From the NCBI RefSeq assembly GCF_004010195.1, contig NC_057718.1, forward strand, positions 66,684,481-66,748,480: a DNA stretch of 64,000 nt, given 5' to 3'. Source of the DNA: Chiloscyllium plagiosum. Lineage: Eukaryota. Position 1 is the stretch's first letter. Each line of letters opens with the position of its first letter. Made by a program: the position numbers and the translations under genes. Under the pieces are notes generated by a model that made no database searches, was not told where the DNA came from, and saw only the letters and a list, made by a program, of their open reading frames with translations. This document shows positions 25,120 to 39,674 of this stretch, in pieces.

Positions 25120-26940
25120 TGGTGAACTATGCTCAACTGAAGTATGTAAGGAGAGAGAAAATAAGTTTTGTGGGTAAACTTGCAAGGAATATGAAAATGG
25201 ACAGCAAGAGTTTCTTTAAATACCTAAAAAGGAAGAAAGAAGCCAAATTGAACATGGGTACCTTCAGGAATGAGGCTAGGGAAATTATTAAGGGAAACCA
25301 GAAAATTTCAGAGGAGTCGAATAACTGTTTTGCATCAGTCGACACAAATAGCATTCCAAAAGTAATAAACATTCAAGTGAAAAATGAAGGAGAGGAAATA
25401 ATTACAATAACTACTACTAGGTAAAATATTAGGGAAACTAATTGGACTAAAGACCTGATGGAATTTATCTTAGGATATTAAGGAAGTAGCTACAGATTTG
25501 GTGGATGTACTGGTGGTAATCTTCTAGGAATCCTTAGATTCCGGTAAAGTCCCAGAGAATTGGAAAATTGACAATGTCAGACCTTTATTTAGAAAGAGAA
25601 GAAGGCAAAAGTCAATTAACTGTTAGCTAGCTTACTGCCTGTTATTGGAAAAATGTTAGAGTCTATTATAAAGTATGTAAAAGTGGATCATCTAGAATGC
25701 ATAATATAATTAAACAGTGTCAGTATGGCTTTGTGAAGGGGAAATCATGCCTCACAGTTTACTAGAATTTTTGACGAAGTTATAAACAAGATAGATAAAG
25801 GGAAAACTGCAGATGTAATATGTTTGGACTTTCAAAAGGCATTTGATGAGGTGCCACACATTAGGCTACTCAATAAAATGAAAGCCCATGATGATGGATA
25901 GAGGATTGGCTAACTAATAGAAGACAGAGAGTTGGGATAAGTGGGGCATTTTCAGGATGGCAACCTGTAACTAGTGGTGTGCCATATGATTCAGTGCTGG
26001 TGCCACAATTATTTTCAATATATATTAATGACTTGGATGAGAAAATACTTTAGCCAAGTTTGCAGATTACACAAAACTAGGTGAGAAAGCAAGTATATCT
26101 AAACCGCAGAATCTGCAGAGTGATATAGACAGATATGAATGGGCAAAAACTTGACAGATGCAGTTCAATGTGGGGAAATGTGAGGTGATGCATTGTGGCA
26201 GGAAGACAGGAATTGAAATCTATTTAATTGGTTGAAAACAATGCAGAGAGGTACAGAATAATGGAATTTGAGATCCCCATTCAGGAATCACAAAAAGCTA
26301 GCAGCCAAGTTCAGCAGAAAATAGGGAAGCCAAATGGAATGCTGGCTTTTAATTTCAAAGGGAATGGAATGTATAAGTAAGAAGGTTTTGCTAAACTATG
26401 CAAGACACCAGTCACACAATGGCTGGAATACTGTGAACAGTTTAGGTCTTCAGTTATGGAAAGGTATACTGGCATTTGAGGCAGCCTGGAGAATGGTTCC
26501 CTTGGCTGATAACAGTTATGGAGGGACTGTCGTATGAGGAAAGGTTGGGTAGATTGGGCCTGTATTTGTTGGAATATAGAAGAAAGAGGCCTTATTGAAT
26601 GACAGTAAATTTTTAGAGGACTTCATAGGGTAGATGCAGTTACCCCTCATGGGAGAGTCTAGGACCAGAGGGAACAATCACATTTAAGACAGAAAGGAGG
26701 AGGAATTTCTTCCCTTGGGGTTGTGAATCTAAAGAAGTGTTTACCACAGAGGGCTTTTGATGTTGAGTCATTAAGTTTATTCAAGGCTGAGATTTTTAAT
26801 CTATAAAGGAATCAAACGTTATGAGGAAAAGGCAGAAAAGTAGGGTTGAAGATTATTACATCAGCCATGATCACATTAAATGGTGGAGCAGGGTCAATGG
26901 GCTGACTGGCCTACTATTGCTCCTTCATCTTACGGTCTAA
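25120..26940 (+). mobile_element. Degenerate CR1 LINE ORF2 and 3' UTR
   Basis: [55 protein letters not shown]. Confidence 0.9.
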
Positions 26941-27304
26941 TCTGATCATATTCAAAAGTCAATTACACTCTTGGTTTCAGAGTCATGATGAATTGTAGAA
27001 AAGATACAATAAATTTACCGTCTTACCCTTCTCATTATGAAAATGCAGTTTCCACTGCTTCAAATAGTTTGAATAGGGCTAGCATCAGAAAGGAGTTAAC
27101 AAGGGTAAATGTTCAGTGTTGCTTTGTTAGTGATCATGTTGACTAGTTATAATTTATAACATTATTTTGGTCAAGCTCCAAAATCTCTGAAATGTTTGTC
27201 ATTTATTATAAGGTGGATTATGGACTGTGGCCTGAATCTTTTACAAAAATACATTAATGACTGATTGATTAATCACTAATCCATTAAAGCATCAAAGGCC
27301 TTAC

Positions 27305-27429
27305 CCAGGGTGATCATCAGCTATGCGTTTGAACTCCTTGTTCCAATCTGGCCTGCCGTAAAAAGTCTTCTGTTTCAGCCCGGTGATAACATCTTTGTTT
27401 TCTTCATAATGCAAGGCAATATGAGCAGC
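27305..27429 (-). CDS. NOX3: NADPH oxidase 3-like, exon 12 equivalent
   Basis: [41 protein letters not shown](G). 125 nt, acceptor tttttctgcAG, donor GTaagg. HIALH and KTFYGRP are NOX3-type. Missed by the ORF track. Confidence 0.95.
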
Positions 27430-27929
27430 CTGCAGAAAAACAAGTCTCAGTCTATCATCAATTGGCTACAAGTCTACAGTATTACAAATTGCACATAAAA
27501 CCTTTTCTTAACCCCTTAATTGGGTTTCTCAGAAAGAGATTTCAAGACCTATTGGGGTTGTGTGCTGGAAATCAAATCCCATTATTCTCAGAGTCATCAC
27601 TGTGAGTATCTGATGAAACCAGATATTTTGTTGAATTGCCCAATTCAGTTTAAAAATATTCACACATTTTTCATAAACAATGAATCAACTTAATCCTTTA
27701 ATTACAACAATGGCAAGACAGATATGGATTCCACAACTTCAACTCTACCATTTGCTTAAAATTCCAATACAGAAACCAATTTACTCAGAAAGAGACAGGA
27801 CACAAGTATTATAAGTGGGGAAGGAAGGAAAGTCAGGTATGTGCCGTTTCAACACTAATTTGGACGAAAAAGGTCAATGAGTTTTCTTTCAGTTCATCCT
27901 GATTCCTTTTGACTCTGAGGTCACAATAG

Positions 27930-28560
27930 TTTGATTTGATTTATTTATTGTTGCATGAATTCCATTATAAAATACAGTGAAAAGCGTTGTATAGTGTCAC
28001 CTCTCTCCAATAACAGAAAAATAAACCAAAATATAGAATATAAAGGAAAGAGAATAAAGAAACAAAGGAATTGTTCAACTATACAGTCCTTCTTATTACG
28101 TGCTCCACTACGGGCCTGATACGAGTCCTTTTGCCATGCTGACGTTGCTGGAACGAATGTCTCTACTCTTCGGTGCCCTTTCGCTTCCGCCAATGCCTTC
28201 AGAACTAGGAGTCATCACTGGATATTGCCAACGCAGACACCACTAATACTGCCAGGTACTGCATTGGCCCAAACTTCCCACCACTGCTGCAATGAGTTTG
28301 CTTCAGGCCCAATTCGCTGATGCAACGGCTGCCAATCCCACAGGGTCTCGTATTGTGCCCAAACACACCTTCACCATCGCCTCTATGAATCTGTGCTGGA
28401 CACAGACGCTGCCGGGAACACAAACTCACCTCTGCCACGGCACGCATGAATTGGCTCAAGGGCCGCCCTTGAATCTGTCAGGAACCCAAACTCAACTTCA
28501 ACGCCGCTATCAGGAGTTCAAACTGAGCCCACTTGCCGACGGTCATGAGTCCACGATGGG
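27930..28560 (-). repeat. Unclassified interspersed repeat with AATAAA(TCAAA)n tail and GC-rich internal subrepeats
   Basis: Tail at 27930-27950, recurrent caaactcacc-like subunits. A similar tail structure occurs at 58860-58960 (+). Confidence 0.5.
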
Positions 28561-29749
28561 CATGTTGATTCAGTGTCTTTTATTCACTGGTTGAAAATTC
28601 ACCCTTTCAGTCTGACTTTTTTTTGCCTTTTCCATTCAATGAGAGAATTTGCAATGAATGCAGCTTAAGGTAAATGGTAAATGAGAATTGGCAGTTTTGT
28701 TACTTTTCTGCAAAATAGCTATTACGCAGTCAAATAGCTATTACAAAGCTGAGCCTACAACTGTACAATTGAAAACAAAACGGAAGGACTGTCTCAGAGC
28801 AAAACTACTTAGTGTGCACACGCCATGAATAAGGCATCATAATAGATGAAACTCACAATGAGTTCCAGTCACTTGTTCTTAAAGCTACAACACCTTCTTC
28901 TGCAGTTTCCCTACTGATGCACTGGATTCCACCATCAATACAGATGGGGATTTTTGTGGAGCCTCTTCCTTGGATAAGTTGTGTAACTTGCATGGTAATC
29001 CATGGTTGGATTTGGTTGGATTGTAGAGTTTTGATCTGATACACTGTGGGATCGCTGATTTCCATTTATTGCATTCATCTATAGGTTAGTATGCATTCAG
29101 TCCTATGTTCCTGTTCCATTTGGTCGGCACCTCATTTTTAAATATGCCTGGCATGCTCTCCTGACTCCTCATTGTATTATGATGATATTGTACTGAATTA
29201 AGTGGCAGCAAAGGACATTATAGAATCACAGTACTGTCAAATTTAGATTCAGGCCAGTAATCTGGTACATATTGAATTTCCAATCCCAGGAACATTATCA
29301 TGAGAAAGTTTCATTGAAAGCCAAATAATTTTCACATGGAGAGAAACATTGTCACATTCATTTTAATCAGCTCTAATGCATTGTAGAACAGTTGTGTGTA
29401 CAATAACACTGGTAGACGTCTGGGAAAATTTAACCATTGATAGTCTAAACTGGTGATATGACAAAATAGACAGCAAACCATGGAGAGATATATCTTCAAA
29501 AGGTTTATCAGAAGGTTTGTACCAATTATATTAAGTTCAACTCGATAAATGGTACAGCAATATATCAAAAATGTATGCCTGCGCTGATCCATGATGCATC
29601 TTTGTCAAAGGTTTTAAACCACATTAATATGGCATGTGCTTCCAAGATAAAATCAGAAAATAAGAAGCATATTCTAATTTACAAAATATCTCAACCAGAC
29701 AATTAAACTCTAGATGTCTCAAAAGACTGTTTACTTACCAGATGTAAGT

Positions 29750-29960
29750 AAACAGAAAAAAACTGCAGATGCTGTAAATCAGAAACGAAAACAGAAATTG
29801 CTGTAAAAGCTCAGCAGGTCTGGCAGCATCTGCGGAGAGAAAACAGAGTTAGCATTTCGAGTCGAGTAACTCCTTCTCCAAGAAAGAGTCACTCAACTCG
29901 AAATGCTAACTCTAATGCTGCCAGACCTGTTAAGCTTCTACAGAAATTTCTGTTTTTGTT
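29750..29960. mobile_element. Imperfect palindromic Penelope-terminal-repeat-derived MITE-like element
   Basis: Inverted arms agagttagcatttcgagt...actcgaaatgctaactct and caggtctggcagcat...atgctgccagacctg. Confidence 0.75.
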
Positions 29961-30074
29961 CACTTATCAGTTAAGGTTCAAATCAAAGGAACACAGCTCC
30001 ACCTAATCAGCATAAAGCTCATTGCATTATATAATAATCCTGTCCTTTCCAATGCTGGCATTGAATTTCACAGA

Positions 30075-30740
30075 AAATAAGAGCAGGAAGAGGCATTCAG
30101 AACTTTGAGCCTGCTCTCCCATTCAATATGATCAGGGCTGATCATCCAACTCAGTAACCTGTTCCAGCTTTCTTCCTGTAGTGTTTGAACTCTTTAGCCT
30201 TAAGGACAATATCTAACACCCACTTGAAAACACTCAATGCTTTGACCTCAACTGTCTCCCATGACAGAGAAGTCCACAGGCTCACCACTGTCTTGGTAAA
30301 GACATTTCTCTTCATCTCAGTCATTAGACTTTCACCTCAGGTTCTGGACTCCCTGCTCATGGGGAGCATCCTTCCTGCATTTATCCTTCCTAATCCTGTT
30401 AGGATTGTATTGACTTATGTGCGTTCTCCCCAGCCCCACCCTCTTGTTCTTTTAAACTCCAGTGGAAGATCTAATCTCTCTTCATCCTTCAGTTCTGCCA
30501 TCCCAGGAATCATCTGGTAAATCTTTGTTACACTGCCTCCATGGCCACAGCATCCTTCCTCAGGTAAGGAGAATAAAACAGCACACAAAACTCCTTGGTC
30601 TCACCAAGGCCTGCAGCAAGACATTCCAGATCCTGTACTCAAATCCTCTCATTATAAATGCCAACATATCATTTGCCTTCTTTACCATCTGCTTCACCTG
30701 CATTCTTACTTTCAGTGACTAGTGTACAAAGACATTCATG
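30075..30740 (-). mobile_element. Old CR1 3' fragment
   Basis: Complement of the CR1 3' motifs seen at 16400-16790. Confidence 0.75.
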
Positions 30741-31099
30741 TCCTCCCATTGGATTCCTTGTTGAGTTTTCCCATTTAGCTTGTTTGGTGGGTTTAGTAAA
30801 ATGGGATATTGAATATTGATGCAGTGAGTTTGGGCTGATAACAAGCATTTTACAAGTAATAATCACCACCAATTGACAACTTGTTGTTGTTGCCTTGTGA
30901 AAATCTCACTCCAAAGCTTGTGAAAAGCTCAAAAAATGCCACAAGTTGCTTCCAACATGAGATTGGCCTCATCAAGTTTATCATCCATTCTACCACACAT
31001 CTTGCCATTGACCATGTTGCTCAGGTTTTATCCCTATACTTTTCACCAAAAAAAAAACACATTTCAATCTTAACATTCTATATTTTATTCTATGTTCTA

Positions 31100-31590
31100 T
31101 GTAACCTCAACCAGCAGAGAACACCAATGACAGTGATAATTGAAAGTCTAATCAACAAGGAGAAGACTTTACAGGTCTCAGGTGAGAATGTAACTTCTTC
31201 AGCAACCATGCACAGAAACATAGAGAAGGAATAGGCATGCTCTCAGCTCACATTGCAATCTCCAACTGATAACTTCTCATTGCTTTGCTTACCAAAAAAC
31301 TACTGCCTTAAAGATATTCAAAGCTACCACTTTTACTGCTTTTTCAGAAGAAAGCTAGGAAATTGCTTGAAAATTGAAATTACAAGAGGGTGGAATAGCT
31401 TTCTATGAATTGTTACAAGCAAATTCAGGATGGTTCGAGTATTTCAAGACAAATGCAAGTTTACATGATCTGAGATTTATTACTGAGGTAGCAAGTGCTA
31501 ATCTAAGAGCTGCAGATGCATATCCTGTAACTTTAAAGGCTACATTGAGGAGAGAAGTTAGTTATTCTGTTTTATATTAATTGTGTGGGG
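31100..31590 (+). mobile_element. Tigger/pogo (Tc1-mariner superfamily) transposase remnant
   Basis: ANSGWFEYFKTNASLHDLRFITEVASANLRAADAYPVTLKATL matches the CENP-B/Tigger pattern ASxGWFxxFK...GExASADxxAAxxFP. Confidence 0.75.
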
Positions 31591-32452
31591 GACATATGGC
31601 TGACACCCCAGACTGCCACCAAAATAGGTCCCCTGAGAGCCACCAGATGTACAACAAGCCTGCCCTACAGCTGTAAAGTGTTGAAGGTGGGCAAAATTAT
31701 TACAGGGCTGGATATTGTATGCCACAGTAAATGTGGCACCCACCTTTCATCTGTAAGGTAGGGTGAGTCTGGGAGTTGGTGGGAAGATAATGGGCTGGAC
31801 ACTTGTCTTATTTCATATGCTCAGCTGTACAAAATGCACCTAAAGGGATATATAATATCCAGTCCATGGTAAATTGCAGCACCGGGATGTGCTATGACTT
31901 GGATAAATCCATTTAATGTTACAGGATACTCAAGAGGGTAAGGCAGAAATTTTGCAAGCAATCTAGGATGGACCCATTTTAAAGAAACGTCAATGATGAA
32001 ATTCAAGCACAATGGACCCTTCAAAATGCCCTGCTCCATCACCTCTCTCTCTATTAACTGTCCCTCCATAAGCCCTCCCTCCATTAGCTCATTCAGTTGC
32101 AGCTATCAAATCAGTTATCTTCCACAGGCTCACTCAACAAATCTTCAATCTCCAACAAACTACAGTATTTTAAATGCCGAAATAAAGATTTTCATCACAT
32201 TTTGATACTTATTCGTGATTAATTAATACATTAAATATATAAAAATGATTTTTTTCATCTAAAACTTGAAGGTCTGGAACATAAATCTATCTTTATTACA
32301 TGCTTTCTGTGGGAAAGTGATTATTATTTGGTGTGTTTTTGTTTAGCTCACCATTTTCAGGAATACATTAGGAGTGTATATGCAAATTTTATTCTTTAAC
32401 ATGCAACATAAGTAAAAAAATGTCCAGAGTAAAGCAATAAATTCTCACTCAC

Positions 32453-32599
32453 CTGGTATTCATCCCAGGCAGTGAGGAAAATGTGATAACTCAGAAAGCG
32501 ACTCCTTCCTCTCTCCATCAATTGTACTTCCAGAGATTGCAAGAGATCTGCAAACCATTCAAAAGAATGGGTATCCCGGCATATCCAATAGAAGTAAAC
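32453..32599 (-). CDS. NOX3: NADPH oxidase 3-like, exon 11 equivalent (NADPH-binding domain)
   Basis: [49 protein letters not shown]. 147 nt, AG/GTgagt borders. Confidence 0.95.
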
Positions 32600-33129
32600 C
32601 TTTACATGTAAACAAAAATGTTTCAGAAATTCCATCACATTCATGAAAACATACAAGTTGAAAAAAAGTTAAAATGACAATGGAAATAAAATTTGGTGAG
32701 GAATGGTATCATCATTTTTTGGGCAATTAAGGAAAAGCAGTAAGCCAAAGGGATTCTTTAATACACATGAGGAAACAAAACAACTATTGTGACTTTTCAA
32801 ACTTAATTTTTCTTTCACATTTTGTTGTATTTTCTCTCGGTCCACATCCAAGATTTTACAATTTCCTAAACAAAGCTAAAGTGAATGCATTAAGTTTTCC
32901 TCTATTAATTGATGTACCTACCTAATCCATCTTGTTCCTTATGTAGCAGCACCTGGTCTAACACTGCAACATATTTTAAAATTGGTAAAGCTCATATTGC
33001 ACTTGCAAAAGATTTCTCTATGCAATGTGTTTCTAAAGGAATTAATCAACATAGTTTCCTTTTAGAATCTGATCATTGTGTAGCATCTGTGGGAAAGCCA
33101 ATATTTATTCTTAAAAGGTAACAGTGAAC

Positions 33130-34270
33130 CTCTCCACTCCAATGTGGTACAGGTACATCCACAGGGCTGTTGGTTAGAGAGTTCTGAGGTTTTTATCTCC
33201 AAGTTAGAATAGGGTGTAACATGGAAAAGTTGGAGATGGTCACGTTTCCTTAAATTTCGTCTCTTTGACCTTGATGATCAAAATTGTATTTTTGGGAGGT
33301 GGTGTTTTTGAAGAAATTAGTTTTGTAGTGCAGCTTGGAGGTAGTGTATATATATCATAGTTACGGTTCACTGGTGATGAAGGGCATGAATGTTTAAGGT
33401 GTTGGTTTAGGTGTGAAATAATTGAGCTACTTTATTGTCGGAAATTCACTCAATAGGCTAGTGGACAATATTCCTTCATATTCCTGACTTATGCCTTGTG
33501 CATGGTGAAAAGCTTCAGGGGAGCCATAAACTGAGGTGCTAGCTGGAAAGTGTGCAAGTTTTGACCATACTATTTACAATTAAATTTCTGTCAACAGTGA
33601 CCACTAGAGTGTTGATGTAGAAGAGTCAGTGATGATAATTGCACTGAATGTCAAGGGCAGGTAGTTACATGGTCAATTAGGAGATTTTGCATATCTTTTT
33701 CATGACTGCTATTTATCATTTACCAGCTTGAGCCAAATTATTGCCAAGGTGTTGTGCATGAAGGCAGGAGCTACTCCATGACTGAGGAGTTGCAGATGGA
33801 ACTTATCATAAAATTACCTTCAAATGTCCTCATATCTGATCTTATAAAGATTGAAACACATTGATGAAATAGCTCATGCTGCCTGGGCCTAGCACATTAT
33901 CTTGAAAACCATCCGCAGCAAAGTCCTGGGTCTGAGATGATTAACATTCAGTAATCACACCATTTTTTGTATTCAGTATGATTCCTGATAATGAAAAGGT
34001 TTCCTCCTGATTCTAATTTAATTTCAAATTGACAAAGAAGCTTTTATGGCCCATACTGTCAAACACAGCCTTGATGTAAAAGTCATCACACTCCTCTCAA
34101 TTCTGACATTTTATCCATGGTTGGACCAAGTCTGTATTGAAGTGTGGAACTAAGTGATCCTAGAAGCAACCAAAGTGTGTATCATCAGTAAGCATAGTGA
34201 GTGAGTGCCACTTGATTGAAGTCTTTGTAACATCTTGAGAATAGACTGATGGGGTAGTAATGGGCCAGAT
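33130..34270 (-). mobile_element. Very degenerate LINE RT fragment (family of 150-950)
   Basis: Shared tracts such as cagccttgatgt and cactgaatgtcaaggg. Confidence 0.6.
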
Positions 34271-35369
34271 TAAAAATAGGTAGAGTTTTCAACCACATAG
34301 AGTGGTTGTGAAAACAGACTGTTTCAGGGACCAAGACTATTACCAGGACTCTGGTACAAATAATATCTCACTAATAACCATTGCTCAGGCTGTAATTCAA
34401 ATTAACAATCAGACTTTGACATTTTCTTAAAACTGTAAAAGGAAGTTCGAGAAAATTAAGATACCTTGGTAATGAAAACACGTGCTGCATTTTGCCAATC
34501 ATGTAAATGACCCAATATTGGCCAGGAAGAGTACATCCCCTCAATTTTACAAACAAGTTAATTAAATGGCTCCGCCAAGGTTGCTGAACTGTTTAGTATG
34601 GGTGTTGACTAGGAATAGCGAGGTAACAAATATTGATGGCCGTAGTTTATAGGACCCAAGAGTAATTAAATCATTATACAGAGCCTTAAACAAGAACTGA
34701 TTGGAGTTTGTAACAAAACAATGTAAAAATTGTACAGACTTCTAACGCTTACTGACTGGACTTATCAAAATGATAAAAATGATCTGGAAGATGAATTTGT
34801 AGAATACTCTTGTAATCATTTTCTGGTGAAATATGTTTTAGAACCATTAGGATAAATCTAATTTAGATTTAACGGCTCAAAATCTCCAACAATGACAGAC
34901 CTGCCCTTCCACTTACCTGAATATATTTAAAAAGGTCAAACTTTTGATGCAGTGTCCAGAAGTCCTTCAGCACAAGGTTCCATGAGAAAAACAGCAGTGC
35001 AGAAGACGTATTCTCTTTTTTGGCAGTAACTGATAATTTAAAGGTCCAGTCTTTTCATGAATGATTTGGTGAAACGATAATTGGATAATAAATGGGTGAC
35101 TGACTGAATAAATAGATGGATGAGGTGGTTGCTGGATGTGTGGGTAGGTGGATGAGTGGGAACATCTACCATTGTATATGTGGCTTAGATGATCCAGAGA
35201 CTGAAAGATGTGGGCCAGTATTGTGCAATGAGGTAGAGTTAATTAGTAATCTCATAACATACCACCACTGGGAAATAGTCATCTAAATCGAGTTGAATTC
35301 CATATGAATTTTCAAAGTGACATACTCCAATACTACAAACAAAACTCTTATATTTAAAACCAATTCCAT

Positions 35370-36460
35370 AAGCTTGAGGGGAGAGCTGGCTAAGGTTGAT
35401 TGAATAAATAAACTAAAGGGTATAGTTGTAAGTGAACAATGAAAAACACTAAGTAACAGTTCAGAACGTTAAAGAAAAATACACTCTATTCAAAAAAAGG
35501 ACCTCAGAAAAAAATGTTTCCTTGGTTTACTAAGGAATTTAACATAGCATTAGATTAAGAGTAGAGGTTTATAATGTTACAAGGAATAGTAGTAAGCCTG
35601 AGAATTTAGAATATTTCAGAATCAGCAAAGGGCCTCAAAAAAGTTGATAAAATGAACATAGAATGAGAGTAACCCAGCCAGGAAGATAGATTAGATTATA
35701 ATAGCTTTTACAAAACATAAAACAGTTTTAAAGAGTGAGAGGTGACCTCATTGAAATCTACAAGATTCTGAAGGGACTTGACAGGGTAGACACCAGAAAA
35801 AGGGCCACACTTTGACAACATCCTAGGGGATGCCACTGGCCAGAAACTGAACTAGACCGGCCTATAAATACAGTGGCACAAGAGCAGATCAGAGGCTAGG
35901 AATCCTGCAGCAATTCTGGTCTCCTTACTTGAGAAAAAATAAACTGGCACTGGACAGGGTGCAGAGGAGTTTTACCAGGTTGATGCTAGAGTTGAAAGAG
36001 TTGGCTTATGAGGACAGATTGACTAGAGCGGTACTATACTCATTGGAACTTAGAACAATAAGGGGGGAATCTTACAGAAACATATAAAATTATGAAAGGA
36101 ATAGATAAGACAGAAGCAGGGAGGTTGTTTCCACTGGTAGGTGGAACTAGAACTAGGGGGAATAGCCTCAAAATAAGGGGGAGCAGATTAAGGACTGAGT
36201 TGAGGAGTAACTTATTCTTCAAAAGGATTCTGAATCTGTGGAATTCCCTGCTCCAATGAAACAGTTGAGGCTACCTCATTGAATGTTTTTAAGGGAAAGA
36301 TAGATTCTTGAATAGTAAAGAAATTAAAGGTTATGGTGAGTGGGCAGGTAAGTGGAGCTGAGTCCACAAAAAGATCAGCCATGATCTTGTGGAATGGCTG
36401 AGTAGGCTGTCCAGGCCAGATGGCCTACTCCTGATCCTACTTCTTATGTTCTTATGTTAA
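35370..36460 (+). mobile_element. Composite of CR1 fragments ending in (ttcttatg)n tail
   Basis: RGDLIEIYKIL and RGNLTETYKIMKGIDK motifs, CR1 3' UTR. Confidence 0.8.
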
Positions 36461-36575
36461 CTCATCTCTTCGCTCCTCAAAGCATCCCTTGTTAAATGTC
36501 TTATTATGTCTTAGTTTGTGTAATATCCTTTGTTCATTTTCAGGATAAAATAATACAATGACTTACATTACCTAC

Positions 36576-36738
36576 CCTTTCTACTTTCATTGTTGTTGCT
36601 GGTTGATTGTATTTATACCAAATAGATTTCAATACAGAAGCAAAGGGGGTCACTCCAATTCCTGTAGCAATCAACACACTAACTTCATAATAGAATACGT
36701 CTATACAGGCAGTTCCAAAAGGACCATCAACTGCAACT
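36576..36738 (-). CDS. NOX3: NADPH oxidase 3-like, exon 10 equivalent (VDGPFG and GIGVTPF NADPH motifs)
   Basis: (R)[54 protein letters not shown]. 163 nt, tgttacAG / GTaggt. Confidence 0.95.
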
Positions 36739-37754
36739 CTGTAACACATAGGAAAATGTGCACTATGGCTTAAAGTGAACAGACATGTAACTACATAAGG
36801 CACCCAATATTCATCATTACTAACAAAGTCACTTCACAGTTACAGTTTTGCAATTTTCAGTTACTTTAACCAGTGTGAGGTTTACAGGATAATAATATTG
36901 AAATATTATTATGTACCCCTAGTCATAATGTTTACACAAGATATGCAGGGAGGGGTATGTAGCATTTGCCATTTTTAATCTTTCTTCCTGATTGCCTTGA
37001 TATGATTCCATCTGTGCTCAAAACTTTATCCTCCATGTCTTAGTGTTAATAAGCTACTTCATCATGGAGAGCATCACAGTTCAACCTAAACATTTATATA
37101 CCTGATATTAAACCAATACAGTTTTCAATAAAGTCATAGAGTCATACAGCACGGAAACAGACCCTTCGGTCCAACCCATCCGAGCAGATCACACTGACCT
37201 AGCCCCATATGCCAGCATTTGGCCCATATCCCTCTAAATCCTTCCTATTCATAAAGCCATCCAGATGCCTTTTATAGAGACATATCAGTAACAAAAAATT
37301 AAAGGATTGAATCATAACAAAGGTCCCTAAATTTGACTCCCAAATCTGATACTAACCCCTAAATTTAAATTTTGTAATTCAGGGCTGGTGGTGTTGTAAA
37401 AAGGTACTACATCATTATTGATTATAGAAGATAACTACATTGTCAACTGTCAAACTGTTTTCAAGAACAGTTACAAACATAGGGTTACTATAGGTTTACC
37501 AGTAAAAACTTACAGGTGATCAGAACATCAAAGATCATCACCTGGAGGAATTCACTCTGCTCCAGGAACATTGAGACCAATTGTAGTCCTCCAATTGTTA
37601 TCATAGCTATGATTACTTAATTCAGCATGCATCAGTAATTAAATCAGGGACTTCATAACAAACCATATTGCTATATCAGGCAGCACTGAGACTGCAGAAC
37701 AGTATTGTATCTGGTTTATTTATCAGGGTCAAACAGGCAACACATATTGTATGA

Positions 37755-38450
37755 TAAGAACACAAAGAATTGTAATGGACCATTTGGCCCATCAAACCTG
37801 CCTTGCTCTTCAGTAAGATCATTGGTGATTGCCTCAGGCCTCAATTTCTGTTTTATACGTCATAAATCTCAACCCCAGATAGTTCAAAAATCTACCCACC
37901 TCCTCTTTAAATATTTTCAGAGATTAACTCCACAAAACTCTTTGGAGTAGGGAATTCCAGACATTCACTGCTCTCAGGGAAGTAATGCCTTTACATCTCA
38001 GTTTTTAATGAGTGTCCTCTAATTCTGTAACTAATTCCCCTAATTTGAGGATTCCCCACTTTTGAAGAATCTTTGTAACATCTACCTTGTCCACCCCTCA
38101 GAATTGTTTATATTTCAATGAGGTCACCTCTCATTTTCTGAACTCTAAAGAAACAAGGCCTAACCTATTTACCCATTTTAGATCAGTGAAACCCTTCATC
38201 CCGGAAAAAGCCTAGTGATTTTTTTTGATCTGCCTCCTTATACCTTTCTTAAATCCAGGAACCCAATCTGTACACAATATTCCAGGGGTGGCCTCCACAA
38301 CACCATAAATGGTTATAACAAGACTTCCCTGTTTTTATTCCCCCAGCAATGAAGGCCAAAATTCTTTTTTGCCTCCTTAATTAATTGTGGCACCTGCATA
38401 CTAACTTTTTATGTGTTATGTACATGAACATCCAGATCCCTTTGTGCTGC
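37755..38450 (-). mobile_element. Old CR1 3' fragment
   Basis: Complement of RGDLIEI.. and EYCVQ motifs. Confidence 0.75.
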
Positions 38451-38616
38451 ACTTAAATAAAAGCAAAATACTGCATACTCTGGAAATGTAAAGCAAACTC
38501 ATTAAACTCATCATGTCTGGCGGCAACTGCAAAGAGAGTAAGATAAGATTAAATCTTCTGAATCGAATAATAGTTCTAAAGAAGTCATATCAGATTCAAA
38601 ATATTAACTCTGTTGC

Positions 38617-39000
38617 AAGGTTTGTGAAGGTTTGTAGCTCAGGTTGAGGTTTAGGGTGTAGGTTTGCTCGCTGAGTTGTAGGTTTGATATCCAGACGTTT
38701 CATTACCTGGCTAGGTAACATTATCAGTGGCGGCCTCCAAGTGAAGCGAAGCTGTTGTCTCCTCCTTTCTATTTATATCTTTCTCCTGAATGGAGTTCCT
38801 GGGGTTTGTGGCAATGTCATTTCCTGATCGTTTTTCTGAGGGGTTGATAGATGGCATCTAGTTCTATGTGTTTGTTTATGGCATTGTGGTTGGAGTGCCA
38901 GGCCTCTAGGAATTCTCTGGCATGTCTTTGCTTAGCCTGTCCCAGGATAGATGTATTGTCCCAGTCGAAATGGTGGGTTTTTTTCATCCGTGTGTACGGC
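38617..39000 (-). mobile_element. Penelope-like 3' end (family related to 17812-19685), runs into gap
   Basis: FDWDNTSILGQAKQRHAREFLEAWHSNHNAINKHIELDAIY reading and terminal repeat. A short copy lies at 55321-55396. Confidence 0.85.
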
Positions 39001-39674
39001 NNNNNNNNNNNNNNNNNNNNNNNNNNNNNNNNNNNNNNNNNNNNNNNNNNNNNNNNNNNNNNNNNNNNNNNNNNNNNNNNNNNNNNNNNNNNNNNNNNNN
39101 NNNNNNNNNNNNNNNNNNNNNNNNNNNNNNNNNNNNNNNNNNNNNNNNNNNNNNNNNNNNNNNNNNNNNNNNNNNNNNNNNNNNNNNNNNNNNNNNNNNN
39201 NNNNNNNNNNNNNNNNNNNNNNNNNNNNNNNNNNNNNNNNNNNNNNNNNNNNNNNNNNNNNNNNNNNNNNNNNNNNNNNNNNNNNNNNNNNNNNNNNNNN
39301 NNNNNNNNNNNNNNNNNNNNNNNNNNNNNNNNNNNNNNNNNNNNNNNNNNNNNNNNNNNNNNNNNNNNNNNNNNNNNNNNNNNNNNNNNNNNNNNNNNNN
39401 NNNNNNNNNNNNNNNNNNNNNNNNNNNNNNNNNNNNNNNNNNNNNNNNNNNNNNNNNNNNNNNNNNNNNNNNNNNNNNNNNNNNNNNNNNNNNNNNNNNN
39501 NNNNNNNNNNNNNNNNNNNNNNNNNNNNNNNNNNNNNNNNNNNNNNNNNNNNNNNNNNNNNNNNNNNNNNNNNNNNNNNNNNNNNNNNNNNNNNNNNNNN
39601 NNNNNNNNNNNNNNNNNNNNNNNNNNNNNNNNNNNNNNNNNNNNNNNNNNNNNNNNNNNNNNNNNNNNNNNNNN
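39001..39674. other. Assembly gap
   Basis: Run of N. Confidence 1.
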